A stretch of DNA of 64,000 bases from Minutocellus sp. GHC0000111. Taxonomy: Eukaryota. This document shows positions 47,354-60,111 of the stretch, one piece after another. Position 1 is the first letter of the stretch, and the number at the start of each line of letters is the position of its first letter. Under the pieces are notes generated by a model. It was not told the DNA's origin. It saw nothing but the letters and a program-made list of their open reading frames with translations, and made no database searches. The translations under genes were made by a program, and so were the position numbers. The stretch covers positions 62,001 to 126,000 of the forward strand of contig OZ361256.1 in NCBI GenBank assembly GCA_977018835.1, in the 5' to 3' direction.

Positions 47354-50280
47354 CTAATCGTTTTGACGTTGAGCTTGGTTCAAGAGAAAAAAAAGAATCT
47401 GCGTGCTTGACGTTGCCTCGTCAATCTTTTTGTCGTCTCTAACTCGAACGAAGCGTGGGAACCGGAGAGAAATACCTCTGCCTTCATCGTCGTCCAGATC
47501 AATATCTCCGTCAGCCCCGTCCAATCTACCGAGCGCTGCCTTGTGCACCGGAGAGATGGTCAGATCTGCCCCTCTAATCTCCCACACCTCGCTTGGTGCA
47601 AACCAATACGGGGGGTTCTCGCCCGTCACAATATTTTCCGGACTTTCTTCCAGCGTCTTTTGAGAGTAAAAGTCAAATTTGCTTTGATAAAATTCGTCAC
47701 TGAAGCCGCTCATAACTCGACAGAGTGACTGCAGCTCGCCAGTTGAGGGCTCGTAGATCGCACACAAGAAAGGGCTGAACCAGTTGGCTTTCCTGCCGCT
47801 TCCTCGCCAAGCTCCGATTGGTATCACATCAATGGAATCGGCAAGGTCATCAATGTAATCTTTCTTCAGCTTTCTCCAACCTCCAAATCCACCGGACTTT
47901 TCTCTCGATTCATGCGAGAAATAACCGGAGTGGAGAGACTTGATCATGAGGCCCTCGCATCGACCAGAAGGGCCTACTGATTCGGCCAGGAATTCATCAA
48001 GCTTGGCCTTTGCAGCTTCAATGCCTGCATTGCCGGCAAATGACACATCAATACTCTTTGCAAACTCAAAATAAGCTGGCGTTATCATATCTCCAAGCTT
48101 TTCTCGCAATAGGACTCTCCGCTCTGAAAGTGACCTGGAGAGCAGTTCATCATCGTTAATTAGTAGAACATCAAACGCAAATACGCACACATCGATTCCA
48201 TCCTCACCCTCGTCTTCTGACCGCTTCATGGTCGACAGCACCTGGAATGGTAGGAGTGATGTCTCCTTCTCCCCTCTCTTGACAGCACAAATTTCTGCAT
48301 CAATAACAAAAGATGATATGCCTTGGGGCATATTTCCCCTAATCCAAGGAACGACGCTGTTTGCAAACTTCGCCGTCATGTCATCAAGATGCCGAGAAAA
48401 AATTTGAACCTTCACCGAGCCATTTTGCTTTGCGGCGTGAAGCTGTGCTCTCTGCCCGTCGTATTTATACTCACACGTGATGTACGAAGTCTCAAGGCTT
48501 TGGGAGAGATCGGCGGGGCCGTTTTCGGTTCCAGCATCAGCGGACTTATAGAACTCACTGTAATGACTTACAACGTCATCTACCCCTCTCGAAGGAGCTG
48601 CAAGCATAGGCTGAATCGGACAGAAAACCCTAACACCGCATCGTGCTGTCATTCCATCAAGCCCATACTTGACGAGCGTCAGTATACATGCTTTGAGGTG
48701 ATGATGACGAGAGTAATTTATTCGGAATTGCTCTTGGGCTTGTTCAATGTCAGATTTGTCGATAGATTGCTTCCCCTTACCGCCATCTTGCCAGTCCGCA
48801 TTCACATAACCATTGTCTTGTAGAACATGAGCAGCCGATAGACACCGAAGCAACGTAATAAGCGTCGCACCTGTACGAACATGTTCACAAAAGATCTTCA
48901 CTGCAAAACGAACTTCCTCATGCTCTTTGCATCGAGTGAATATCTTGTAAAGAGCTTCTTTTCGTTTTCCTTCGACACCCTTCCCCCCCCACCCTTGGTA
49001 AGCGAATGTAACCAAACAATAGCATCAGTGATATCCGAAAGGAGCAACGGCTTTGGAGGTGGTCCCCACTGAAGACGCGTTTGCTTCACCGCACTACCCG
49101 CAGAGCCTACGTCTCTACCTGAAAAAATATCAGCAGCGCCATCCCCAAGTTCCCCCCTATCCCTAGCTTTCTGACTTAATTTGGCTGAAGAGCACGAGAG
49201 AGCGTTGCATATCGCCTGCGATATCGCCGAGTGACCAATGTTGAGCACAAGTCCAGTGCTAGCAACGTTTCCCGAAAGCAGTACAGCATGAAGAGTGCTA
49301 CAATCGGGAAAAATCAATTCTCCCGATCGCATCTTGTCATCGTCCCACTCTATGCCTCTCATACGATCATAATATAGCAGTGTGAGAAGATAATTCGTCA
49401 TAAATCTCTCCTTTTGTAGGCGTTTGGTAGTAGATGCGACCAGGGTAAGAACCTTGGACAAATGCAGGAATGGTGGCGATATCTTGCGGCCAATGTAGTA
49501 TTCTGCCAAAGCCTTTGCATTGAAGTCTGCCGAAGAAAAGTCAATATCAAGAGTATTGTTTACATCACTTGCATCCTCCGCCTTGATTGTCCTTGTTCTC
49601 GCTGCACTCACCACATTGTTCCTACTGGCATCATCGCCACAATTGTCTTCCGTTTTAATGCCAATCTTGGTATCTCCTCTTTCTGATTCCTCGTCCAGAA
49701 TTGACTCGTCGCCATGATTATCTTCCGTTTTAACGCTGATGCAGTCCTTGCCATCATTATCTTCCTTTTCAATGCCAATCTCGGTATCTTCAGCTTCTGG
49801 TTCCTCATCCAGAATTTCAATAACCTCATCGGTGGTGTCCGCTTCCTGCTTGACTCCGCCAGCTTGGTCATCATTCGTCTGATGATTCCTTTTGGCCTTC
49901 ATGAGCGAAGTGACTGTTCGTTGCGTCTTGATCGATTTTCCTGGTGGAAGGGCGAAGAACGCTCCCATCGTTTTTTGCTGCATGTTGGCGGGCGAGCCAG
50001 TTGACGCCGACGTTCGCCGCCTCTTCTTTTGGGGCGAAGAATCTGACGTTGAGGCCGAAGCTGCTGATGCATTCGCCCTCTCAAAGTGCGCAGAAACAGC
50101 AACCTCGACAACTGAACTAACTCTCTCATCTTCGGTGGCCTCGGTCGCCGACGAGGAATGGCGACCATCGGCACCCATCCCCAGGGTCTGGAGCGCATCG
50201 TTCACCAATTGTGAAGCATCTTGCCTGCTAATACCGAGAAGGTCTGCCACCTGGGCAGCCACTGTCGACGCGAACGTCAT
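47354..50280 (-). CDS. LIG1: ATP-dependent DNA ligase I-like; frameshift at a C-run near 48985
   Basis: CEYKYDGQRAQLH, EGLMIK, WRKLKKDY and SLRFPRF; N-terminal PIP-box-like QKTMGAFF. Confidence 0.85.
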
Positions 50281-50407
50281 GACTCGACTCGACTCGACTC
50301 CTCGGCTCACTCATCGGCGGAAATGAGCAAAGCTAAAAGCTGATGATGAGTTGCTGGTACATGTAGCTACGTAGCTACTACTAGGCCTAGTGCCTGGTAC
50401 GTAGCTA

Positions 50408-51010
50408 CGCTGGAACGAGAATGAAACTGACGAGGTGGGACACCCTCTTTGCCCCCCGAACGGTTAGAGATACAGCACAAGTCGAACAGAGTTACCCCAG
50501 GTAAATTTATGCGTTCTTTCGATTGGTCGTTGCGACAAAGTCTGGAAACGGCCGGAAAGTGGTCTTTTTGGGGGGGTATTTTTTCGAAATCGGCAAAGAA
50601 ACGATTTTTTTCTTTTGTCGCAACGACAGGACTGTTCCTCAAGAAAACAATTGTAAAGTTTTTCCAGAATTGCTCTATCTGCCTTGGTTGTTGGGGCAAT
50701 TAATCTTTTCTGTTTTACTAGGCGGTTGTTAGTATCTTTTTTTCTCGCCAATTTTCTGAAACATAAAATTTTCTCCAACCTGATAAATTTTATGTTCACT
50801 TTCTCCGTGACGTGGCCATTTTTCACGCAGGCGAAGTTAGCGAAAAAGGGTCATGTTCAAGGCAACTAATTGCTATCACCAACTCAATTGCATCGGCTCA
50901 AAATACATCAGGAGAACCCTCTCAGAGTGCTCTATCGGTGGTTTTCCGAGGTTGAGTGTGCGTGATTTTATTACTAGCACAAGACAGTGAGTTTTATTCT
51001 GTTTCCAGCG
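50408..51010. mobile_element. 603-bp non-autonomous TA-flanked element (Stowaway-like MITE)
   Basis: TA|CGCTGGAACGAGAATGAAACTGAC and GTGAGTTTTATTCTGTTTCCAGCG|TA form a 24-bp TIR with 4 mismatches. AT-rich, non-coding interior. Confidence 0.8.
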
Positions 51011-51509
51011 TAGCTAGGCATTGCGTTCTGCTGTTCTGACTGCCTGCTTCCGGCCGGCCCTCTGTGCCGTGCTCTGACTTGTTCGACTGTAAGTAATTTG
51101 AAGTGCGACCAATTTATCTCGAGATATGCAAGCACAATCGACGGCCCACCACCAAACCAAAATCGCCGCTGCCGGCGACTTTGATAACTAGGCCTAGCTA
51201 GTAGAGGGTTGCTGGCGCCAGCGCTAAATGATATCCGGGTTTCTTTTATTGCCGGTTGCCGGTACCGTAGCACGCAATCTACGTAGCTACAGCCGTAGTA
51301 GCACGCGGAGCTAGCTAGCTAGTAGCTAGCTACGTAGTAGCTACGTACCTAGGTAGATCTACTAGACTACATGTAGCTAGCAGGTAGATCTGGAGAGACT
51401 ACTCGAAAAAATAGAACGAACTCTCAACATTTTTTAAAGATTTACCTCTACATGTATGACGTACGACTCAGATCTATGGCGGTTCAATTTGAATCAATGG
51501 CTATCATCA

Positions 51510-54500
51510 TCAGCGTCCCTTCTCCAACATGGACTGATATTCTTCTGCAGATATCTGGTAGGCGGCATCAAAGACACGCGCTGGGATTCCATCTCCAAGA
51601 CGAGAAAAGACGTCCCTGCTGCGACTGCTCAGAGATGCATCGCTGACGCACATGTCCTCCTCCTCTTGGTTGACGATTGCTTCCAACAAATTCTTTCGTT
51701 CTCCGGCCGTGCAGACGTGACGACAAAGAATGCCAAAGAGCTTCACAGTATTTTTAAGGTTCAATGGGCCGAGCTCTTCGATGTGCTCGCCTACTCCTGC
51801 AAACGATGACAGATTCAGCGGTGCATTTGCAGTGAGCAAAACACGGACGTACCTAGTCTGTCGGAACAGATTGTTGAGGAAGAGGGGCAATTCTGCAGCA
51901 TCCTCCGACCCCTCCATCACCTCGATTCTATCCAACACAATGAGAGATCGATCCGAGTGGAGTGCTTTCAAGATCGAGTTGGCAATCTCGTCCATGTCGT
52001 AGGCCGTCGGTTGTGGTACTGCCATCTCGGCCGCTACAAGCTGCTTGTGCAATGGCGACAAGATCGCACTGAGGGGCTGGCTCCTCCTGGTTTGCCGGGC
52101 CCGTACGTAGAATATATTATCGATTCTCATGTCAGCTTTGCGATCGTAGACATAGTGGCAAAGGGCAGCTACAAGTGAGCTCCTGCCCATTCCGGTGGGT
52201 CCGACGAGATTGACAAGGCGCTTGTCAAGGACGGCATTCAGCAAGAGATACATCTCGACCTCCCTACCCAGGAATCCCTGCGGTGGAGTTGGAAGATGAT
52301 GATCCGACTGCGAAGAGCTTCCGCCTCCACCATCCGCCTGCCTCGAGCTTCCCTTCTTCGCCATACTTTTCCTCATCAAACTTCGTCTCGGTACACCAAC
52401 TGAACCAAACATGACTTGCTGCAAGTCGGCAGACGGTTTGGGCCATTCGGGAAGAGAATTTGCATCGAAGACGGGATAGTCATGATCACCGTCTTCAGGT
52501 AGCAGTACAAACTTTTTCATCTCAACGTCGGGGAGAGGGACAGAAGGTGAGCAGGCAACAGCTTGCCTTCCAATCTCAAATGAGTCCTTCACAGTCCGGC
52601 CAATGGCCAGCGCCAAGTAGAATGCGCGAGTGAACGCGAGCGCAGAGCTGTCCATTAACTGCGACTCTTGCTGGCAACAAACGACATGAGGGACGCCAGC
52701 ACGGACGAATGTTTCACCTGCCAGTAAGGAATGACATGCCGACACAAAGACAAATTGAAAGGGGGCAGATTCATCCTGAGCATTTCGAGAAATGAGTTCT
52801 CTTAGAATATCGACCGCCAACCACTGCATCCCGCCCTTCCCGTCTTCGAAAGTTAAGTGTGATGGATGGCCATGGCCAGAAAAGTGTAGGCAAGTACAAC
52901 CAACTGTCATATTCGCTTGGAGTCGATTCATCGTAGCGCAGTCAAATGCAAGATCGATGTCTCGAGATGCTTCCTTAAACAACTGCCACAAGAGCTCTCG
53001 CTCGAGCTCAAAATCGAATGTATCGATTGGACAAAGTCTACCATAGACGTCCTTGTAAACCAAGGGTGCCGAAAACAAAACAGCGATCTTGTTGTTTGTG
53101 AGACTCGTCGACGCCTTAGCACCCACATTCTGAGAAGGAACGATGGCGTTCCTTTGAAGTGAGCTGTTGATATCCAGAGTTTGGTCTCTGGAAGTCGCAT
53201 ATTGCTCAACTTCCATAGCAGTATTCTTGACAAGAGGGCCTTCCCCAATAGAGGATTGTCCTAGGGACACATTTTCTGACAAATATGTCGAAGGAAGCGA
53301 AATATCACTTGGCTGGAGAGCACCTTCCAGAGAGCTGGGTCCACCGGTAGAAATCACAGCGGGGACATTTGCCGCAGAACCACTTTCGCCAGAAGCCGAT
53401 GGCTGTTCTTGGGCTAAAAGCTTCATGTTCGTCTCGTGTTTCTCGATGTTGAAATCCCTTACACATTGAATTTTACCTTGGTTCAGGAACTCCTTTATGC
53501 CGAAAATCTGAATTTTGTTCAGCGGAGGCTCGTTGTTCTGAAGGCCAAGATAAGCCAATCGATGTGCTCCTTCTAACGCCACTGATTCTTTGATAAAGTC
53601 ATCAATAGAAGCATTACTGAAGCTGTTTGAGGAAAGGTCCAGTGAGCAGAGCTTCCGACCAGATTTCAGCACACTCAGTAGAATTTGGAGAAGGTCTTCG
53701 CCTTCACTTTCGGCAAGGTCATTGTTCGAGAGGTCGATCGATGATAGACAAAGGCCGTCATTGATCATCATCTCTAGGATATCAAAGGCTAACCTGCCTT
53801 GACTGAGATTGTTCGATGCAAGACCAAGCCAAGACAACGATGAATGCCATGGATCGAAACTGGAAAGAGAATGGTCTTGAACGTATTTCTCCAAAACTTG
53901 TCGCGTCGACTCTCCGCGTCCAATGGCATTTTGGGATACATCAAGCCTTTCTAGTGAGCATCGTGAATCCTTGTTGTAGATGATAGAGAGTAGCGAGGCA
54001 ACCGATTCATCTCCTAAGAGATTTCCGCTCAAATCAAGCGCCACCAAAGACTGCAAAGAAGGATGTCTAAATCCTAAACCTCAGCCACTGGGGTGAAGTT
54101 GTGACCCGATCAACGCATAAAAGGCAGTGAAGGTATCGTGGCGTAGACCTGGACTGTTGCAAATTGACAGAAATTCAAAAGCGGCACCGGCCACACTTGA
54201 CTGCTGAGGGACTGCCAGATCATCGAGTGAATAATTGTCTGTCAAGTCCAATTGACCCATCGCTTTCAGTGCTGACACCAATTGAGAGAAAGAGGCATCG
54301 CTGGGGACATTATCGAAAGTAAGACAGGTCACCCATGGCGGAAGGCTTCCGGCTAGATCTGCAAGGGTAGTTGATCCCGATGGATCCTGGTTGCGCAGAC
54401 CTACTGGAAGCGGCGTATCGGGACCCTTCTTCGAAAAGGATGTGGCTTGAATGATGGGGCATCGGTACAAAGCTTGGACAAGAGATTCTGCATACTCTCC

Positions 54501-57500
54501 GGCAAAGGTGGAATTATTGAAGCTGAGAGTCCAAAATGCATCATCATTTTCGTTCATTGAGGCGTGCTTTTCACATACTCGCGCCAACACTTGCCCTTCT
54601 CTTCGAAATGAGAAATAGCTGCGCTCTGGCATAACTAATGCCCGAAAATCGAATGAGGAGGAGGGAATGAATTCAGTTAGAGGAACGACGGCACTTTGGA
54701 GCATCTTCGACGGTAGAATCATTTTGACAAGAGACTGGATTCGTTCCGGCAGGATACTGAAGCCTCCTATCTGTAGCTGATCTTCATCAAATAGATTTTG
54801 GTGGGTAAAAATCCATTCCCTTTCAATGGTCGAGCCAATAATTGAGCACGGTGACGCCGAAAGAAGGCTCTCGTTTGAGGTTCGAGTTTCATGCAACGAA
54901 GATTCCTCAGATATCTGCGAAGTTTGTGACATACGACGAAGGTGTGAAGTTAGAGAGGCCCTCATGTCTGTTCCGGGTCCATCTTCCGTCACCGATAATG
55001 ATGGCATGGCCTTTTGACTGTGATCGAGAGCATCATCGTCGAATGGCGCACTCGAAGTCTCGGAGAAAATCGACTTTCTTTCCCAGCTTGTATGGCCCTT
55101 GGCTTCGTTGGCGTGATCATTGCCATAGATTTCCCGGTATTGTACAATCATTTTTCGCCGCATATCTGCGCTATCGTGATCATCACAAAGGTCCCGAAAG
55201 ACGGATTTGAGGATCTTGATTTGTTCCATTTCACCGACGGAAGAACTGGGGGAATAATCTCCGTCGCCTTCATGGATGCGGCCCATACTGCCCAAAGTCG
55301 CTGCAATTTCTTGGAGCGATTCCTTCCAGATGGAGAACAAGACCTTGCGGATTTGGCTCCTTGCCATTGCCTGCAATGTGAGGGAACGTTCGAGGCAGAA
55401 CCAGTCGGCGGCAAGCTTGGGATCATTTCCGATGCATTGGAGGTCAATGTCATCATCCCTAAATCCAATGCTGGCACAAACGTTATTGGCTGCTTTGGAT
55501 ATTTCTGTATCATTGGACCGAGAATTCTTCATTTGCAACAGTTGCGATATCAATCCATCTACCAGGCGGATTTTTCTGAGGGAGGAATGATAAAAAAGAA
55601 AAATGAATAGATCGGGAGTGAGGTGAGGTGTACTTTCAAGAAATGCAGACTCTAACAACGAAATTTTCTCTCTCAAAACTCACAAAGGCTCGTACTGAGC
55701 TAAGTAGGCAAGCCCACGCAAGGCATCAAGGTGCTGTTCCCTGACCCTTTCCACTTCTAATTCTCCACTACTGGCTCTTCGACGCAAAACATTTGTAAGG
55801 GCAAGAAGTACATCGCCAGCCCAATGCGTCAATCCAAATGTCGACGCACGCTCCGACAGGAGCAGCGGACAAAGCGAAGCCAATGACCGCGACGATTCTA
55901 GACTGAGCTCATTGATATCAAATGAGGTAATGTCTGCACTGTATTCATGTGCTGCAGATGGCAAAGGAAGAGATGTGAGGATGAGGAGAGCTTCGAGACC
56001 CCCAGACTCGGCAGTTTGTCGAAGTACCTCCATACTCTCAGAATTGGCATTGATATCGGAGAGAGATGAGCGAGATCGTTTGCTACGAGGATGTGATGAG
56101 GAAGCTTCTAGCAAATTTGCTAGCGCCAGCAGCGCACTATACAACTCTTCCAAGGCATCGCCCACTGAATCGCATATTTCATGAAGATCCCTAGCTTTTC
56201 TGCGTTTGATAATCTTGTAGAGCTTTGGAGTATCTTGGTGAAGTACAAGACCAAACGCCTCGGCTGCACCTGAGCAACTGAGATGTTTCCTGGGGCGTGC
56301 ATCCGCGCTTATTATGCAAAGGAAGTCGACGCTCATCAGACGCAACTTCGATGGAAGCGTAGCCTTTGCCATCATGATCAAAGGCTCTATTGCTCCACCA
56401 TCAATCAAGGCACTGCAATTGATGGAAAGAGGTTGGAATAGACGAAAAACTGTAAGGAGGTGGAATTCGGTGGTAGGAAGGTAGCGATCAACACCAGAGA
56501 CTGTCTGAACTGAAGAAAAAATAAGGACAGAAAAAGAACACCAGAGCACTACTTACTCCAAGATCCCAGCCCTCTCTGAGTAGTCATGACCAACATCAGA
56601 ACTCCATGGCACCAGAAGCAAGTTGCAAAAGGGCATTTCCGACGGCTAAAGTCGTAGGATTCTGGCCATTCCAGCCGCCATCTGCAGTGGAATAATTTGC
56701 AAGCAGCTGAACTAGATAATCCAGCCCATTATTATCGATGACTGCGGCACGAGTGTGAGGCGCAATCGAAAGGCTTGCAAGAATCTCTGCGACAGCTAGT
56801 CGAACATCCGCCTGATCCGAAGTTGTCAGTTTGACAATTGCGGGCACTGCAGTTAGTGGCGGACGAGAACGAAAGTGGAGAATTAGTAGGGGCGAAATCG
56901 ATAAATTAATGTCAGTGAAGTAGAAGCGTGAGCATGGTCCAAAGTAATAATAATGACTGAAACTTCAACACCAGAAAACTTACGGGCATTTTCATTGACA
57001 ATTTGAGAGTGAATCCATCCAGCCATGTAGGAATCATCAAGGGTTGCGAGGAAGCGTATGGATTTTTCAGCAGGGAATACCAAGTCATTATGACCGGAGT
57101 TTAGCCACTGAACAAGAACGCCGAGTAATCCCTCCCTCACGGCGATGGAGCGTGCTGGTTCCACTGAACAAACTGATTCCACGGCTAGAATGATACCAAA
57201 GGTAGATGCCGACGCGCCAAGCGAATCATCATTACCGCTACTAGACGGTATGATCTTTTCAGCAAGAGTCACAATGAGGCTTACAGATTGCTCCAGCAAC
57301 TTTTGCATCTCGGTGAGGTCTCGACGAGGGTCAAGGCTGTGAAGTCTATCACCGACGTTCTTCAAGGCAAATGACTTTGCCAACGGTCCTCTGAATCTAT
57401 GGCGCTCTGCACGCGGCATTCTCTCAGATACGATTGATAGAGCGCCCACAGACTTTGACTCCTCATGTTCTTGGTCCTCTGAACTTCCTTTGTCGCCCAG

Positions 57501-59812
57501 TAAAGGTTCTAGGCTGAGCCAAATATGGGTTAGGGCCAGTGCCGCGCTCTGTCTCATGGTCGGTGGGTCCAGCCCTTCAATGTACACTTCATCACTTGAA
57601 CTTACGATATAGCGGAGGCATGTGATGACTCTCAAACCAAGATTTCGATTTAAGAGACCATCAGGATCAGTGTAGCATGGAAGAAGGTATGCTACAGCGA
57701 GAGCGGCTACCATCTTGATTTCTTGTCCATCAGAACTCGAGCGGAAGAGAGTCAGTAATGAATGCATTCCTCCAGATGTTTGGATCTCCTTGCGAATATC
57801 CGTTGACTTGTCATCGTCCTCGATAGCTTCATTCTTTGCAAATTTGAGCAGTGCATAGGCACTCGCAAGCCGCTGATTGTGGTGTCCTCTGAGAAGGCAC
57901 AATAAACAAAAAAATCTTTTGCCTCAACAAGCTCTTCAACTTCCGGTGACGACCTTGGCATTTCTCCGCCTTTGTTAGGACCAGGAGCAGGACCCAGAGG
58001 GTGTTGCTTAGCATCTGTCTGACTATCACCGTCTTGGTCATTGTGACGAGACGCATCGTCGCCAATGCTTGTTTCAAAGGCTGAGTGAGGAGCAATATGC
58101 GGCATAAGCTTTGGTGGTGGCTTGAAGGAAGCCTTGATTGTTTCTTCGACCGCCTTTTCCGCTTCAATTGAATACAAGAGAATGCCATTGAGATCAATCA
58201 GCGATTCAAAGTCTACCGAAAAGGTCTCAGATTGCAAGTTGGAGACTACCTGTTCCTGCTTGGATCGGCACAATTTGAGAAGATCGTGAAAGAGTTCTGG
58301 ATCAGCCTCATGAGGATTCTCCGCTAGGTTCCGAAGGTCTCTCGCTGTTGCTCGCGCCTCATCAATATCTTCCCTCGATAGAGGAGGTTTTGCTTGCACA
58401 TTCTTCTCGGGCTTCCTTGCGCTCGTCTCCTGCATACTCTTCTTGAGCACCGCTTCTAATTGGCTGTCCTCATCTCCAGGTCGAACCTGATGAGCACCAA
58501 CACGGGCAGACCTTGGTCGATCATCCCCAAAACCGCTTGTGACCCTGGCAACCTGTGAATTTCCAAAGGTTGGCTTTGCATTGTAAGGAATAGGCGTTGG
58601 CTCATGATGTACGGCGCCTGATAATTTTGCAGTACCTTGCGATGCACCCTCGCTTGAGTGAGATTTGGTCTCTTTATGCGTTTGTGATGCACTCGGTGGT
58701 ATAGTGATAGGGATGAAATCCGAGTCACCTTGATATCGAAATGGATTCGTTGATGGTTCAATACCAAAATTAGCCACCACTGCCGTTCCCTCGGTCTGCA
58801 TTCCAACACCTGGAAACATGGTAACGCCTCTAGCATCGAATCCATCAATTGGTTTCTCCGGATGCAATAACTTTCCATTTCGGGTGAAGAAAACCCGCTT
58901 TAAACCACCAATTTCCCATCCGCATCCTATTGTCTCGCCCTCTTCTATCCCAGCGACCGAGTCATGATGTTCCTGAGACTGCGACTGCTCCACGTTGTTG
59001 AATGGATCTGTCCACGGCAGAGGTTGTTCCACCTTCATTCTTGAGCCATAATGCGAGGGAAAGCTGGGGATGAATTGACCATCCCGTCCAACTTTTGATC
59101 CTCCAATATGGAGCTCTCCATTGTTTCCCAGCCCAATACTTTGTGGCGACTTCCCTGGAATTTGGTGCATGAGAATCGGAAATGGATTGGGCTTGGTCGC
59201 TGCACCCAAAAGGCCACCATCGTACTCGGATCCATCGACCGATGCAGCATGTCCCATCATGAGCTGAGCCTGTTCATGTGTGACCACAGATTCTGCAGGA
59301 ACCATCCCCACCCAAGCTTCGCCAGAAACAATCGTCACTTCAAAATAATACGCAAATGATGGCAGCTGTGTTTCAGCGCCAGCGGCACTGGTCCCACCTT
59401 CGCTCCCGCGGCCGCCGAAATCTCTCTTGGCGAGCCCATCATAATTCTCGTTTGCCGTCTTGATGTTGTTGGTGCTGCCATTACCGCCTGCAACGCGACC
59501 CTTTGATGATGCCAAAGAAGAAAAGTCGGCAAACTTGTCATCATCAGTGGCAGTCAATTCACCCGAATCCCTTCGCTCATGACGAGAGGGCTTTACGAAC
59601 TTGGGAAACATACTGCCTTGTTCATTTGATTGTGAATAAGACGGCATTCTAGCCGTCATGGCGGAAGGTTTTGCATTGGCAGAGTCCGCCATCGCAGCAG
59701 CTGCTGCACTTGCCGAAGTTCTGGTCGCACCATCGATTGCACCAGGTCTCTTGGACCTAGCCGCTTGCAACTCATTCTTGCGCTTCTCAGCTTGCTGGAC
59801 CAAACTTGTCAT
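51510..59812 (-). CDS. Large multidomain protein: SPRY, UIM/GAT-like, ARM repeats, LRR, CHAT (caspase-like) protease, NB-ARC-like P-loop NTPase
   Basis: SPRY (YYFEVTI, TIGCGW, VFFTRNG, ANFG), UIM-like EDSQLEAVLKKSM, ARM repeats, LRR (LDLSGNLL, LDVSQN, IDLSNN), CHAT (LHFSGHG, VFVSACHS) and NTPase (GFLGRE, GPTGMGRSS, LIVLD). Introns 56847-56983, 55576-55683 and one starting at 56556. Frameshifts near 57910 and 56600; in-frame TGA at 54081-54083. Start uncertain. Confidence 0.75.
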
Positions 59813-60111
59813 GGGAATAGGCTTGTTAGTAACGACAAGGGCAACATCTCGCTTCACCAGCGATGTGCGGGACGAGGCAAATGTTGACGACGAGGAAGAT
59901 GGCTTCCGTTTACTCGAAGTGCTACCAGGCGTATCTATCTGGCTGGGCGCGCACTGCGGCGAAGTCAGGGGAGGCGGGGCGGGGCCTGCTGGAATGAGCG
60001 CGACAATGGTAGATCTACTAGAAATAACTAACTTACCGGTACCAGTAACTTGACTTTATCATTATTTACAGTCCCTTCACGTTCCCTCCATAACAACCTT
60101 AACTTTGTAAT

